Notes: generated from the sequence alone by a model not told the origin. A stretch of DNA of 64,000 nucleotides from Candidatus Omnitrophota bacterium (GCA_043808095.1 JAZDFF010000031.1:37073-101072), one strand, 5' to 3'; numbered from the stretch's first letter, positions 1 through 10,544 are shown. Translations and numbers: made by a program.

Positions 1-737
1 TTTACCAACTATATCTCTTGGTTTCGCCATCCGGACATGCCAAAAGCCAGATCCAGCCTCCGGTGATTTTATTTATGGCGGTTCTGCTCTTTGGGGTAAT
101 TCTTGGGGTAACCTTGGTTACTCAGGCGCAGAGAAAAATACCCGTCCAATATGCCCGTCGGATTGTAGGGAGAAAGATGTATGGCGGACAGAGTACCTAC
201 CTGCCTCTAAAGGTGGACCAGTCAGGTGTAATTGCCATCATCTTTGCCCAGTCCATAATTCTATTTCCGGCAACCTTGGCGACATTTATACCCAATCCGG
301 CTTTTCAGCGCCTGGCCAGTGGATTAGTCCGCGGCCATATCCTTTATACTGTATTATATGCGGGGTTAATCATCTTCTTTTGTTATTTTTACACTGCCAT
401 TGTCTTTAATCCGGTGGATATCTCAGATAATATGAAAAAGCACGGCGGTTTTATTCCGGGGATAAGACCGGGTAACCCCACTTCGGAATTTTTGGATTAT
501 GTGATGACGCGAATTACTCTCGCCGGCGCATTATTTATTGTGATTATCGCCATTTTTCCTGATTTAGTTATGGCCTGGCTTAAAATACCATATTTGGTGG
601 CATCGTTTTTTGGCGGCACAGGAATATTAATCATTGTGGGAGTTATGCTGGATACGATTAAGCAGATTGAATCACAACTTCTCATGCGTAATTACGAAGG
701 CTTTATGAAGAAAGGTCAAATTCATGGCAGGAGATAG
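1..737 (+). CDS. secY: Preprotein translocase subunit SecY, C-terminal part (5' end lies outside the window)
   Basis: The translation has typical SecY C-terminal TM segments and motifs. The synteny secY-adk-map-infA is conserved. Confidence 0.9.
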   Translation, partial: YQLYLLVSPSGHAKSQIQPPVILFMAVLLFGVILGVTLVTQAQRKIPVQYARRIVGRKMYGGQSTYLPLKVDQSGVIAIIFAQSIILFPATLATFIPNPAFQRLASGLVRGHILYTVLYAGLIIFFCYFYTAIVFNPVDISDNMKKHGGFIPGIRPGNPTSEFLDYVMTRITLAGALFIVIIAIFPDLVMAWLKIPYLVASFFGGTGILIIVGVMLDTIKQIESQLLMRNYEGFMKKGQIHGRR

Positions 738-1386
738 TCGCATTGTCCTGGTTCTTTTAGGTCCTCCTGGCTCAGGCAAAGGAACGCAAGCAAAGTTACT
801 TTCAGATAATTTTAATCTTGTACATATTTCAACCGGTGATCTACTGCGCAGAGAAGTCGCCCAGGGTACTGACTTAGGTAAAAAGGCAAAAATAATTATG
901 GAAAAAGGCGAGCTGGTTCCGGATTCTTTAGTCAATTCCATGCTAAAAGGAGAGATCAAGCGCCAAGATTCAAAAAATGGGTTTATCTTTGACGGTTATC
1001 CCAGAAACTTAAAACAGGCAGCCCAACTCGATAATATCCTAAAACAAAACAAATTAGATTTAAGCTGGGTAATTTATTTTAAGGCCTCGCTTAATGTAAT
1101 CATCCAACGCTTGTCCGGCAGGAGGGTCTGTGAGGCCTGCGGCGCCAATTATCATATTACTAATATGCCGCCTAAAGTTGCCGGCCGCTGTGACCTCTGT
1201 AATGAAGAACTTATCCAGCGCAAGGATGATTCGAAAGATTCAGTGCGTAAAAGAATCGAAGTTTACGATGAGCAGACCAAGGACCTGGTGAGCTTCTACG
1301 AAAAACAGCTTAAACTGCGGGTGGTTTCAGGCGATCTAAGCGCGCAGGAAGTATTTAAAGAGATAGATAAAATCTTAAAGAAATAA
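724..1386 (+). CDS. adk: Adenylate kinase with Zn-binding lid (CxxC...CxxC)
   Basis: P-loop GPPGSGKGT and LID cysteines CEACG...CDLC. Its start overlaps the secY end. Confidence 0.9.
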   Translation: MAGDSRIVLVLLGPPGSGKGTQAKLLSDNFNLVHISTGDLLRREVAQGTDLGKKAKIIMEKGELVPDSLVNSMLKGEIKRQDSKNGFIFDGYPRNLKQAAQLDNILKQNKLDLSWVIYFKASLNVIIQRLSGRRVCEACGANYHITNMPPKVAGRCDLCNEELIQRKDDSKDSVRKRIEVYDEQTKDLVSFYEKQLKLRVVSGDLSAQEVFKEIDKILKK

Positions 1387-1449
1387 CTTGTTAATTACAG
1401 GGGTTAAATCTCTGGAATCTATTTGAAACAACTGTAATCATTTTAAAAG

Positions 1450-2196
1450 ATGATTGCCATCAGGACACACGAGGAAATAGAATTGATAAGGCGGGCCGGT
1501 AAAATCATCGTCAAGACACTGCAGTTACTTAGAAGTAGAGTTAAGCCGGGAGTAAGCACTCAGGAGCTGGATGAATTGGCAGAAGATTCAATTAGGTCCC
1601 AGGGCGGGGCTCCGGCATTTAAAGGCTATAAAGGGTTTCCGGCAAACATATGTACCTCGATTAATGAAGAGATTGTGCATGGGATTCCGGATGAAAAACG
1701 AATTTTGAGAGAAGGCGATATAGTGGGAATTGATATCGGCGTAGGATGCGAAGGTTATTTTGCGGATGCCGCTATAACCCTTGCGGTAGGTAATATTTAT
1801 AGCCCGCTACAAAAATTGCTTGATGTAACCCGAGACTCTCTTTATTTAGGTATAAAAAAGGCCCGTATCAGGAATCACCTTTCTGACATATCAGCTGCTA
1901 TTCAAAACTTCGTCGAGGCTAATGGTTTTTCTGTTGTCCGTGAATTTGTGGGTCATGGAATTGGTCGGGAGCTCCATGAGAGTCCCGAGATACCAAATTT
2001 TGGTCAGCCGCATACAGGGCCAATGCTAAAAAAGGGCATGGTTTTAGCAATAGAGCCGATGGTAAATATGGGTACCTGGCAGGCTGATTTCCTGGATAAT
2101 AATTGGACGGCCGTAACCAAAGATAGGAAACCTTCAGCGCATTTTGAACATACGATTGTGGTTACTGACTCAAATCCTGAAATTCTGACAAATTAG
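1450..2196 (+). CDS. map: Methionine aminopeptidase type I
   Basis: M24A motifs: metal-ligand context D-I-G..HGIG..E. Position after adk fits. Confidence 0.9.
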   Translation: MIAIRTHEEIELIRRAGKIIVKTLQLLRSRVKPGVSTQELDELAEDSIRSQGGAPAFKGYKGFPANICTSINEEIVHGIPDEKRILREGDIVGIDIGVGCEGYFADAAITLAVGNIYSPLQKLLDVTRDSLYLGIKKARIRNHLSDISAAIQNFVEANGFSVVREFVGHGIGRELHESPEIPNFGQPHTGPMLKKGMVLAIEPMVNMGTWQADFLDNNWTAVTKDRKPSAHFEHTIVVTDSNPEILTN

Positions 2197-2301
2197 GAAC
2201 GCGAATAATATTAGCGACCATTCGCGTTCCTGCCTGCCACAGGCAGGCCTGCCCACCGAAGCCTAAAAGGCGAAGGCAGGGATTAGCGAAAATTAGCGAT
2301 T

Positions 2302-2520
2302 ATGGCCAAAGAAGAACTCATCGAAGTAGAAGGGACAGTTGTTGAATCATTGCCAAATGCTATGTTTAGGGTAAAACTGGATAACGAGCATATGGTTTTA
2401 GCCCATATCTCAGGTAAGATTAGGATGAATTTTATAAGGATTTTGCCTGGTGATCGAGTAAAACTTGAATTATCGCCCTATGATTTATCAAGGGGAAGAA
2501 TTACCTTTAGGAATAAGTAA
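2302..2520 (+). CDS. infA: Translation initiation factor IF-1
   Basis: 72-aa S1-like protein with near-canonical IF-1 sequence. Confidence 0.9.
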   Translation: MAKEELIEVEGTVVESLPNAMFRVKLDNEHMVLAHISGKIRMNFIRILPGDRVKLELSPYDLSRGRITFRNK

Positions 2521-2585
2521 CAAACGCGAATACAAGCTAATCGAACGCGAATAATCGCGAATAAAAATTAGCGTGAATTAGCGTT

Positions 2586-2627
2586 CCCGCCACAAAGAAT
2601 GGCGGGTCCGCCAAAGAATTGTGGCGG
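2586..2627. repeat. 42-nt hairpin repeat CCCGCCACAAAGAATGGCGGGTCCGCCAAAGAATTGTGGCGG
   Basis: A near-identical copy lies at 5765-5806. Its arms ccgccacaa / ttgtggcgg are reverse complements. Confidence 0.7.
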
Positions 2628-2656
2628 AAGATTCGCGACCATTAGCGTCAAAAAAA

Positions 2657-2770
2657 ATGAAAGTACGAGCATCCGTTAAAACTATTTGTGAGAAATGCAG
2701 GATAATTAAACGACGTGGAATTATCCGTGTCGTTTGTAAGAATCCACAGCATAAGCAGAGACAGGGATAA
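2657..2770 (+). CDS. rpmJ: 50S ribosomal protein L36
   Basis: Hand-translated 37-aa [40 protein letters not shown] with the zinc-ribbon C..C..C..H pattern. Too short for the ORF track. Confidence 0.75.
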   Translation: MKVRASVKTICEKCRIIKRRGIIRVVCKNPQHKQRQG

Positions 2771-2890
2771 ATTGTTAGTAACCAGAAACCAGAGAATGCC
2801 TGCTTGTCGTCAGGCGGGGAAACCAGAAAAAATAAAAATCTGGTTACTGTAAACTGTAATCAGGTTTCTTCCGAACGAAAGTGAGGAAAC

Positions 2891-3310
2891 ATGCCCAGAA
2901 TCTTAGGTGTAGACATACCCAAAGAAAAACGTATTGAAATAGCCCTGATGTATCTTTACGGGATTGGCAGAAGCCTCTCGAATAAAGTTTTAAAAGAGGC
3001 CAATGTTGATTTCAATAAACGCGCCAAAGATCTGACCGAAGAAGAAGTTTCTAAAATAACCTCTATCATTCAGAAGGGCTACAAAGTAGAAGGAGATTTG
3101 CGCCGGGAGATTTCTCAAAATATAAAACGTCTCGTTGATATTGGTTCGTATCGGGGACTAAGGCATAGACGCGGACTGCCAGTAAGGGGCCAACGTACGC
3201 GAACTAATGCCCGGACTCGCAAAGGACCGCGCAAGGTCGGCCCGATCGCTATTAAGAGAGAGGAACCGGCAAAAAAAGCAGCTCCGGCAGCGGCAAAACC
3301 AGCCAAGTAA
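2891..3310 (+). CDS. rpsM: 30S ribosomal protein S13
   Basis: [26 protein letters not shown] is the canonical S13 N-terminus. Confidence 0.9.
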   Translation: MPRILGVDIPKEKRIEIALMYLYGIGRSLSNKVLKEANVDFNKRAKDLTEEEVSKITSIIQKGYKVEGDLRREISQNIKRLVDIGSYRGLRHRRGLPVRGQRTRTNARTRKGPRKVGPIAIKREEPAKKAAPAAAKPAK

Positions 3311-3393
3311 AATGATTTCAATGATTGAAAGGCAATTAAAATCACGTAATCTATTTTTAATAATCACTGTAATCATTTTTAGAAGGAGAAATA

Positions 3394-3789
3394 ATGGCAA
3401 CTAATAAACCCGAAAAGGCAAAAAAGAAAAAGGCCGTAAAGCAAGTAACGGCCGGTATCGTTCATATCCAGGCAACGTTTAACAATACCATGATTACCAT
3501 AACCGATAAACAGGGCAATACCTTAGTTTGGTCTTGTCCGGGCATAGTCGGTTTTACCGGTTCTAAAAGGTCAACGCCTTTTGCCGCCCAGGTTGCTGCA
3601 GCAGATGCAGCCAGAAAGGCAAAGGATTTAGGGCTTAAAGAAGCAGAGGTATATGTAAAAGGCCCTGGAGCCGGTAGAGAATCTGCGATACGGGCGTTAC
3701 AAGCTGCAGGACTGACGATTACCATAATTAGAGATGTTACGCCGGTTCCGCACAATGGTTGTAGGCCTCCTAAAAGAAGAAGGGTGTAA
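3394..3789 (+). CDS. rpsK: 30S ribosomal protein S11
   Basis: [18 protein letters not shown] is the canonical S11 motif. Confidence 0.9.
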   Translation: MATNKPEKAKKKKAVKQVTAGIVHIQATFNNTMITITDKQGNTLVWSCPGIVGFTGSKRSTPFAAQVAAADAARKAKDLGLKEAEVYVKGPGAGRESAIRALQAAGLTITIIRDVTPVPHNGCRPPKRRRV

Positions 3790-3877
3790 GTAAGGCACGA
3801 GATTAATTCCCCCTGCTGCTTCGTTTTGCTCAAGCAAAAGCGAAGCAAAACGGCAGGGGTCATTAAGGAGAAAATAG

Positions 3878-4504
3878 GTGGGCAGATACTTAGAAGCAAA
3901 TTGTAGGCTTTGCCGAAGGGAAGGCATGAAGTTATTCTTAAAAGGCACGCGCTGTTTTACTGAAAAATGTGCCGTCTCAAGAAGGGAGTATGCCCCTGGC
4001 CAGCATGGAAAGACTCGGCAGAAACTCTCAAACTACGGCGTCCAGCTAAGAGAGAAACAAAAACTAAAACGTATGTATGGCATATTAGAACGCCAGTTCC
4101 GTAAATATTTTGAGGTTGCCTCGCATAAAAAAGGCGTTACCGGAAGGACGCTACTTCAGATATTGGAGCGCCGACTCGATAATCTAATCTTTAGGGCAGG
4201 TTTTGCGGTTTCGCGCAATCAGGCCAGGCAGATTGTAAGGCATAATTTTGTATATGTTAATAACCACCGGGTAAACATACCCTCTTTTCTGGTAAAAGAA
4301 AATGATGCTATCTCTATAAAGGCCAAGGAGACTGCGGCAAAGAAGATTAGGGAGAACATCGAGGTAACGAAATCCAGTCCTCAGGCGTCATGGCTTGAGG
4401 TTAATCAGGCAGATCTTAATGCGAAGGTGCTGAGATTGCCTGAAAAAGAAGATATCCAGGTTCCGATTCAGGAACAGTTAGTTGTAGAACTTTACTCTAA
4501 ATAA
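3878..4504 (+). CDS. rpsD: 30S ribosomal protein S4
   Basis: N-terminal CRLCRREG zinc-finger-like region and S4 domain. Confidence 0.9.
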   Translation: MGRYLEANCRLCRREGMKLFLKGTRCFTEKCAVSRREYAPGQHGKTRQKLSNYGVQLREKQKLKRMYGILERQFRKYFEVASHKKGVTGRTLLQILERRLDNLIFRAGFAVSRNQARQIVRHNFVYVNNHRVNIPSFLVKENDAISIKAKETAAKKIRENIEVTKSSPQASWLEVNQADLNAKVLRLPEKEDIQVPIQEQLVVELYSK

Positions 4505-4512
4505 GTGAAGCC

Positions 4513-4580
4513 ACAACTTATGGAAGTCCGCCACAGATTTGTTGGCGGACGACATAAGTTGTATGGCTGAACTTATCCCC
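4513..4580. repeat. Nested hairpin repeat ACAACTTATGG...CCGCCAC..GTTGGCGG...ACATAAGTTGT...GGCTGAACTTATCCC
   Basis: A shorter copy lies at 10365-10412 (acaacttatggaacatagtgacataagttgt ctggccgaatttatccc). Confidence 0.65.
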
Positions 4581-4756
4581 CATCACTTTTTAAAATACTT
4601 TGGGGCGGGGAAGATAAATTTTAATAAAAGAAAAAATATTTTTTTCGAACTCAGCACTATCAATAAAAGTGGTGGGGGGTTAAATTCACAGACGGCTTTC
4701 AGCCTACAATTTACGTCATAAACTCCGTAAATTGGCTGTTCATTTAAGGAGGATAC

Positions 4757-5743
4757 ATGGGAATTAAATGGAAGGATTTCCAGATGCCCAGGAAATTGGA
4801 ATGCGAAGAGTCGAGTTACTCTTCTACCTACGGCAAATTTTTCGCCGAACCTTTTGAAAGGGGTTTTGGCGTAACCCTGGGCAATTCATTACGTAGGATA
4901 TTATTGTCTTCGATTGAAGGCAGTGCCGTCACCTCAATTAAAATTGATGGTGCTTTGCATGAGTTTACCACCATTCCCGGTGTCTTGGAGGATGTAACCG
5001 AGATTATTTTAAATATCAAAAATTTGGTCTTACGTTCTCATTCAAAGAGCCCTAAAACTATTTCAATAAAGGCGTCCAAAAAAGGAGAGGTTTTAGCCAA
5101 GAATATTATCACTGACGAGACTGTTGAGGTAATAAACCCGGACCTTCTTATTGCCACCTTAACTCAGGACACTAATTTTAATTTGGAAATGGAAGTAAGC
5201 CGCGGACGGGGCTATGTTACAGCAGAACAGAATAAAAAGGAAGAGCAGGTTATCGGCGTAGTCCCTATCGATACCGTATTTACCCCCGTAAGAAGAGTTA
5301 ATTTCTTTGTGGAAAACACCCGCATTGGTCAACGCACAGATTATGACAAATTAATTCTGGAAATTACTACTAACGCTAGCATTAATCCTAAAGATGCGCT
5401 TTTATATGCCAGCAACATCTTACAGAGGCATCTTGATGTATTCGTTAATTTCGGGCAATTGCCTGAAGAAGAGGAAGAGGCTGTTAGTAAAGAACAGGAA
5501 GCGTTTTATGAAAAGCTGAGACTGCCTATTTCTGAACTTGAACTTTCCGTGCGGTCATCAAATTGCCTTCAAGAGGCTAATATCAAAACCATTGCGGATT
5601 TAGTGGGAAGGACCGAGGCAGAAATGCTTGGTTTCCGTAATTTCGGTAAAAAATCCTTGGCTGAAATCAACAATATACTAAAGGATATGAATCTTTCTCT
5701 GGGTATGCAGATCGATGCCAAATTACTGGAGAAGAAAGAGTAA
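4757..5743 (+). CDS. rpoA: DNA-directed RNA polymerase subunit alpha
   Basis: The FERGFGVTLGNSLRRILLSS motif and the alpha-CTD are present. The start could instead be the M at 4784. Confidence 0.9.
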   Translation: MGIKWKDFQMPRKLECEESSYSSTYGKFFAEPFERGFGVTLGNSLRRILLSSIEGSAVTSIKIDGALHEFTTIPGVLEDVTEIILNIKNLVLRSHSKSPKTISIKASKKGEVLAKNIITDETVEVINPDLLIATLTQDTNFNLEMEVSRGRGYVTAEQNKKEEQVIGVVPIDTVFTPVRRVNFFVENTRIGQRTDYDKLILEITTNASINPKDALLYASNILQRHLDVFVNFGQLPEEEEEAVSKEQEAFYEKLRLPISELELSVRSSNCLQEANIKTIADLVGRTEAEMLGFRNFGKKSLAEINNILKDMNLSLGMQIDAKLLEKKE

Positions 5744-5887
5744 GAAATGATTACAGTGATTTTTCCCGCCACAAAGATTGGCGGGTCCGCCAAAGCATTA
5801 TGGCGGAAAAAGAGATTACAGTGATTAATTACCGTAATCAATGTTAATAATCACTGGAATCATAACTAATTTTTTAACAGGAATAAC

Positions 5888-6520
5888 ATGAGACATAGAG
5901 TCCTTCGATACCGTCTGAATCGTTTTACCAGTTTTCGGAAAGCAACCCTAAAAAGTCTTGCCAGGGCCGTACTTTTGAATCAGAGGATTAAGACTACCAA
6001 GACGAAGGCCAAGGCCGCCGCAAGGTTGGTAGAAAAATTGATCAGCCTGGGCAAGGCGGATACCCTTTCCGCAAAGCGAAGGGCATTTGCCATACTGACT
6101 GATCACAAATTAGTAAGTTTATTGTTCAATGATATCGCGCCTCGTTTTAAAACCAAAAAAGGCGGTTACACTCGGGTTATTTTGTGGAAAAACCGCCGAG
6201 GAGATAATGCGCAACTGGCGGTTTTGGAACTGACTGAGATTGCTATTAAAGAAAAATCCAAGCCAAAGCCGAAGGAAAAGGCAGAAAAACCAACTGCGCC
6301 TAAACCTGAGGTCGAAGCCAAAGAAGAGGCTCAGAAGCCGGAAAGGCCTAAGATTGTAAAACCTAAGCCGGAGAAACCAAAAGAAGAAAAACACGAAGAG
6401 AAAAAGAAAGAAACGGTAGCTCCCCCAATTAAAGAAGAGCATAAAGAGACCAAAAAACCATCCAAAAAATTCTTTGGTGGCCTGAGAACATTCTTTAAAA
6501 AGCAAAAAGATTCTACCTAG
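5888..6520 (+). CDS. rplQ: 50S ribosomal protein L17 with a long Lys/Pro/Glu-rich C-terminal extension
   Basis: The L17 core covers aa 1-120. A low-complexity KPKPEKPKEE tail of about 90 aa follows. Confidence 0.85.
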   Translation: MRHRVLRYRLNRFTSFRKATLKSLARAVLLNQRIKTTKTKAKAAARLVEKLISLGKADTLSAKRRAFAILTDHKLVSLLFNDIAPRFKTKKGGYTRVILWKNRRGDNAQLAVLELTEIAIKEKSKPKPKEKAEKPTAPKPEVEAKEEAQKPERPKIVKPKPEKPKEEKHEEKKKETVAPPIKEEHKETKKPSKKFFGGLRTFFKKQKDST

Positions 6521-6622
6521 AAAGCTCATCTTGACCCTACTCGGCCGGGTTTTTAGTTTTAGCCCCGGGCGAGCAAAGCGAGTAGAAGGGTTCGCCATTA
6601 AAATGGGAGGAGTAAGAGACCA

Positions 6623-7783
6623 ATGATTCTTAGCCGAAGAGTGAAAGCTGTTTCTCCTTCGCCTACCTTAGCCGTCACTGCGCGTGCCAAACAGATGAAG
6701 GCGGCCAATATTGATTTGGTTAATTTTGCCGCCGGTGAGCCTGACTGGGATACCCCGGATGTTATAAAAGAAGCTGCAATCGACGCCATAAGGTCTGGTT
6801 TTACCAAATATACCCCCACAAGCGGCCTTCCCGAATTAAAACAACAAATCTGTGATAAGTTCAAAAAAGATAATAACATTGCCTACAAGCCGGAGCAGGT
6901 TGTAGTAACCTGTGGCGCAAAACACGCCCTTTACAATATCCTGCAGGCAATTGCCGACAGCGGCCATGAAGTAATTATCCCGTCGCCTTATTGGGTAAGT
7001 TACCCCGAAATGTGCCTACTTGCCGGTGCCAAGCCCGTCTTTGTAAAAACCTCCTTGAAAAATAATTTTAATTTAACCGGAAAGGACCTCAAAAAAGCTA
7101 TCACCAGAAAAACCAAGGCCCTTATTATAAACAGCCCCTCTAACCCTGCGGGTTCGGTTTTATCTATCGACCAACTAAAAGATATTGCCGCTCTCTGCGT
7201 CTCCAATAATATTTATTGTATAAGCGACGAGATTTATGAAAAATTAATCTACGATAATTTAAGGCATGAGTCTATCGGCTCACTCTCGGATGCAATTTAT
7301 AAATTGACCTTTACGGTAAACGGCGTATCAAAGACCTATTCTATGACTGGCTGGCGTATCGGCTATCTGGCAGGGCCTTTGGATGCAGTCCAGGCAATAG
7401 GCAGATTACAGGACCATTCAACTTCAAATCCTTCATCAATCAGCCAGAAAGCGGCAATTGCCGCCTTAAAACTCGAGCCCTCTTTTATCAGCCCGATGGT
7501 TGAAGAGTTCCAAAATAGACGGGACTGCTTCCTGAAAAGGCTGGATAAGGCAGAACTCGCTTATATCAGGCCTCGGGGAGCATTTTATGTCTTTTGCAAC
7601 ATCAAGAAAACCGGGCTTGGTTCGGATGAATTTTGCAAAAGATTCCTTGAGGAGGCCAAGGTTGCCGCTATCCCGGGCAAGGGCTTTGGAAATGATGATT
7701 ACGTGCGTTTTAGTTTTGCGACCAGTATGGCTGATATAGAAAAAGGCCTAGATCGATTAGAAGGATTCCTTAAACGGATTTAA
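6623..7783 (+). CDS. Aspartate/aromatic aminotransferase (class I PLP-dependent)
   Basis: The PLP-lysine context SKTYSMTGWRIGY and an overall AAT class I fold. Confidence 0.8.
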   Translation: MILSRRVKAVSPSPTLAVTARAKQMKAANIDLVNFAAGEPDWDTPDVIKEAAIDAIRSGFTKYTPTSGLPELKQQICDKFKKDNNIAYKPEQVVVTCGAKHALYNILQAIADSGHEVIIPSPYWVSYPEMCLLAGAKPVFVKTSLKNNFNLTGKDLKKAITRKTKALIINSPSNPAGSVLSIDQLKDIAALCVSNNIYCISDEIYEKLIYDNLRHESIGSLSDAIYKLTFTVNGVSKTYSMTGWRIGYLAGPLDAVQAIGRLQDHSTSNPSSISQKAAIAALKLEPSFISPMVEEFQNRRDCFLKRLDKAELAYIRPRGAFYVFCNIKKTGLGSDEFCKRFLEEAKVAAIPGKGFGNDDYVRFSFATSMADIEKGLDRLEGFLKRI

Positions 7784-7913
7784 AAATAAATACATTACAC
7801 CGCTAAACCGCAAAATTGCCGCAAAATCGCAAAATTTTTTAATATTTTCTTTGCGTTTTTGCGCCCACGGTTAGTATTTCTGTAGTTTTGCGCCTTTGCG
7901 GTGTTAAAAGAGC

Positions 7914-9173
7914 ATGAGAAATAAAACCATTGCGGAAAAAATATTATCTAATCACGCCAAGAAGGACCTTAAGGCAGGAGACTTTGCTGTCTGTAATGTA
8001 GATTTCTGTTTTGGACAGGACGGCACCAGTAATATCATAATTGAGCGTATCAAGGAATTAGGCTTTAAGGATTTGGCTTTAAAGAACAGGGCATGCCTGG
8101 TGATTGACCATTCAAGCCCAAGCCCTAACCAGGGAGTTTCCGCCATTCATAACCGTATGCGCGCATTTGCCGCCGGACACGGCCTTATGCTTTATGATAT
8201 CGGTTGTGGCATTTGTCATCAGGTAATCCTCGAGTCAGGCGGGATTCTACCCGGAGATTTAGTCCTGGGCGCGGATTCGCATACCTGTACTTACGGGGCA
8301 CTAGGGGCCCTGTCAACCGGAGTAGGCTCGACTGATTTATCCATTGTCCTGGCAAGCGGCAAAAACTGGTTCAGGGTGCCCCAGACGATAAAGATTATCG
8401 TAAAAGGAAGGCTTAAAAAAGGAGTTGTTGCTAAAGATGTTATACTATATATTATTTCGCTACTCGGTTCGGGTGGTGCAACTTATAAGGCAATAGAATT
8501 TTGCGGCCCAGTCATTGATGACTTGGATATGGACGGCCGTTTCACTATAGCTAATATGGTCGTGGAGCTCGGGGCAAAATGCGGTTTTATGCCGGTAGAT
8601 AAAACTACACACGTCTGGCTGAAATCCCGCGTTAAAAAAAAGATTTCCCCGGTTTCAAGCGATAAAGATGCCGAATACTCTGATATCATAGAGATTGACG
8701 TAACAAAACTTACTCCCCGCATCGCCAAGCCCCATAGCGTAGATAACGGCGCATCAGTTAAAGAGGTGGAAGGTACGAAGATCGATGAGGCATTTTTAGG
8801 CACCTGTACTAACGGCAGGTTAAAAGACCTGGAGATGGCCGCTAAGATTTTAAAAGGTAAAAAAGTAGCCAAATCAGTAAAATTTATCGTAGCCCCGGCG
8901 TCCCGTGAGATTTTCTTAGAGGCGCTTAAAAAAGGAATTATCGAGATATTTATCCAGGCTGGTGCAGCCGTAGTCAATCCCGGATGCGGGCCTTGCGTGG
9001 GTACGCATCAGGGCGTGCCTTCGGATAATGAAGTAGTGATATCTGCCGCAAACAGAAATTTTAAAGGCAGGATGGGTAACCCCAGTGCCTTTATTTATCT
9101 GGCATCTCCTCTGACTGTTGCTGCTTCAGCAATTAAAGGCGAGATTACCGACCCCAGACGTTTCTTGAAATAA
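7914..9173 (+). CDS. leuC: Aconitase-family dehydratase large subunit, archaeal-type LeuC/homoaconitase-like (419 aa)
   Basis: Aconitase-family Fe-S ligand region GTCTNGRL, CGPC. The length is typical of short archaeal-type LeuC/HACN. Confidence 0.7.
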   Translation: MRNKTIAEKILSNHAKKDLKAGDFAVCNVDFCFGQDGTSNIIIERIKELGFKDLALKNRACLVIDHSSPSPNQGVSAIHNRMRAFAAGHGLMLYDIGCGICHQVILESGGILPGDLVLGADSHTCTYGALGALSTGVGSTDLSIVLASGKNWFRVPQTIKIIVKGRLKKGVVAKDVILYIISLLGSGGATYKAIEFCGPVIDDLDMDGRFTIANMVVELGAKCGFMPVDKTTHVWLKSRVKKKISPVSSDKDAEYSDIIEIDVTKLTPRIAKPHSVDNGASVKEVEGTKIDEAFLGTCTNGRLKDLEMAAKILKGKKVAKSVKFIVAPASREIFLEALKKGIIEIFIQAGAAVVNPGCGPCVGTHQGVPSDNEVVISAANRNFKGRMGNPSAFIYLASPLTVAASAIKGEITDPRRFLK

Positions 9174-9204
9174 GCATAATTAAGCGGTTGAGTATTAAAA
9201 AAGG

Positions 9205-9234
9205 TTGCGTTTTGGGCTACGTATCGTCTATAAT
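9205..9234 (+). promoter_or_regulatory. Sigma70-like promoter upstream of pilT (TTGCGT, 18 nt spacer, TATAAT)
   Basis: -35 ttgcgt at 9205-9210 and -10 tataat at 9229-9234. Confidence 0.45.
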
Positions 9235-9309
9235 GTTATTGTCAAACGTTTTGCGTAAAAATACGATAAACGAAATGATAAGTAACTAAACTTATATGGA
9301 GGGTTAAAA

Positions 9310-10356
9310 ATGGAACTACGGGAACTATTATTAATGACCGTGCAGAACAAGGCCTCGGATTTACATCTTACCGAAGATATGCCGCCGATACTGCGTATCG
9401 ACGGAAAGCTTACTCATACAAAGCTTCCTAAACTTAACCGCGAGGGCCTGAAGAAATTGGTTTATACTGTTTTAACGGACAGCCAGAAGGAGAAATTTGA
9501 AAGAGAGCTGGAGTTGGATTTATCCCTGGCCTTGCCCGGTTTGGACCGTTTCAGGGTGAATATTCACGTCCAGAGAGGATCGGTTGAGGCGGCGCTGCGC
9601 CGTATCCCTTTATTAATCCCGACACTTGAAGAGTTGGCCCTTCCTAAGATAGTGACAGAACTTGCGCTTAGGCCCAATGGGCTGGTTTTAGTTACGGGCC
9701 CTACCGGCGTCGGTAAGACTACCACGCTTGCGGCCATGGTAGATTTGATTAACACCCAGAGGGAGCAATTAATAATTTCTATCGAAGACCCGATTGAATA
9801 TATCCATGTGAATAAAAAGAGCATCATTAAACAGCGCGAGGTTTTTACGGATACGCATTCATTCGCCGATGCCTTAAAGCATTGCCTCCGCCAGGATCCT
9901 AACGTCATTGTGGTAGGAGAAATGCGCGATTTGGAGACCATTTCAACGGCTCTTACCGCCGCAGAAACCGGCCACTTGGTTTTGGCAACGCTGCATACCC
10001 CGGACGCGCCCCAGACCATTGAAAGAATCATCGATGTCTTTCCGCCTTATCAGCAGCAACAGGTGAAATTACAGTTGTCCGACTGTATCCAGGGCATCGT
10101 TTCGCAGCTGCTCCTTCCGCGGGCATCGGGAACAGGCAGAGTCGCAGCCACTGAAATTTTAATCGGGACCTCAGCCATCCGTAATCTTATCCGCGAGCAG
10201 GAGATTGAGCAGATCCCGACTCTCATGCAGACCGGTCATCAATACGGCATGAAGATTATGGATAAATGCCTTAAAGAAATGGTTGCGCAGGGTTTGATTA
10301 CCATGGAAGTAGCATTAACCAAGGTAAAGAATCCCAATGAGTTTAAGAGTATGTAA
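9310..10356 (+). CDS. pilT: Type IV pilus retraction ATPase PilT
   Basis: Walker A GPTGVGKTT, the PilT N-terminal region, and Asp and His boxes. Confidence 0.85.
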   Translation: MELRELLLMTVQNKASDLHLTEDMPPILRIDGKLTHTKLPKLNREGLKKLVYTVLTDSQKEKFERELELDLSLALPGLDRFRVNIHVQRGSVEAALRRIPLLIPTLEELALPKIVTELALRPNGLVLVTGPTGVGKTTTLAAMVDLINTQREQLIISIEDPIEYIHVNKKSIIKQREVFTDTHSFADALKHCLRQDPNVIVVGEMRDLETISTALTAAETGHLVLATLHTPDAPQTIERIIDVFPPYQQQQVKLQLSDCIQGIVSQLLLPRASGTGRVAATEILIGTSAIRNLIREQEIEQIPTLMQTGHQYGMKIMDKCLKEMVAQGLITMEVALTKVKNPNEFKSM

Positions 10357-10544
10357 ATGAGGTTACAACTTATGGAACATAGTGACATAAGTTGTCTGGC
10401 CGAATTTATCCCGAGCAATCATTTATTTGAATGGTTGCGAGGGATCTCATTTTTTATCTACTGACGTTTTAGTGGCGGGGAATCATCTGTGCTCATCTGT
10501 GAAATCATTGGTAATGACTTTAAATCTGTGCTAATCTGCGAATT

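Noticed and set aside
3115-3948. Several minus-strand and alternative-frame ORFs (76-145 aa) overlapping rpsM, rpsK and rpsD
   Set aside because: They are antisense or overlapping frames of highly conserved ribosomal protein genes. They are typical spurious ORFs.
4539-4721. 60-aa ORF in the rpsD-rpoA spacer
   Set aside because: It lies entirely over the nested hairpin repeat and low-complexity spacer. It has no RBS or conservation signal and is most likely non-coding.
6119-6598. 159-aa minus-strand ORF opposite the rplQ tail
   Set aside because: It is the antisense reading of the low-complexity KPE-rich tail coding region (F/L-rich) and is not a plausible protein.
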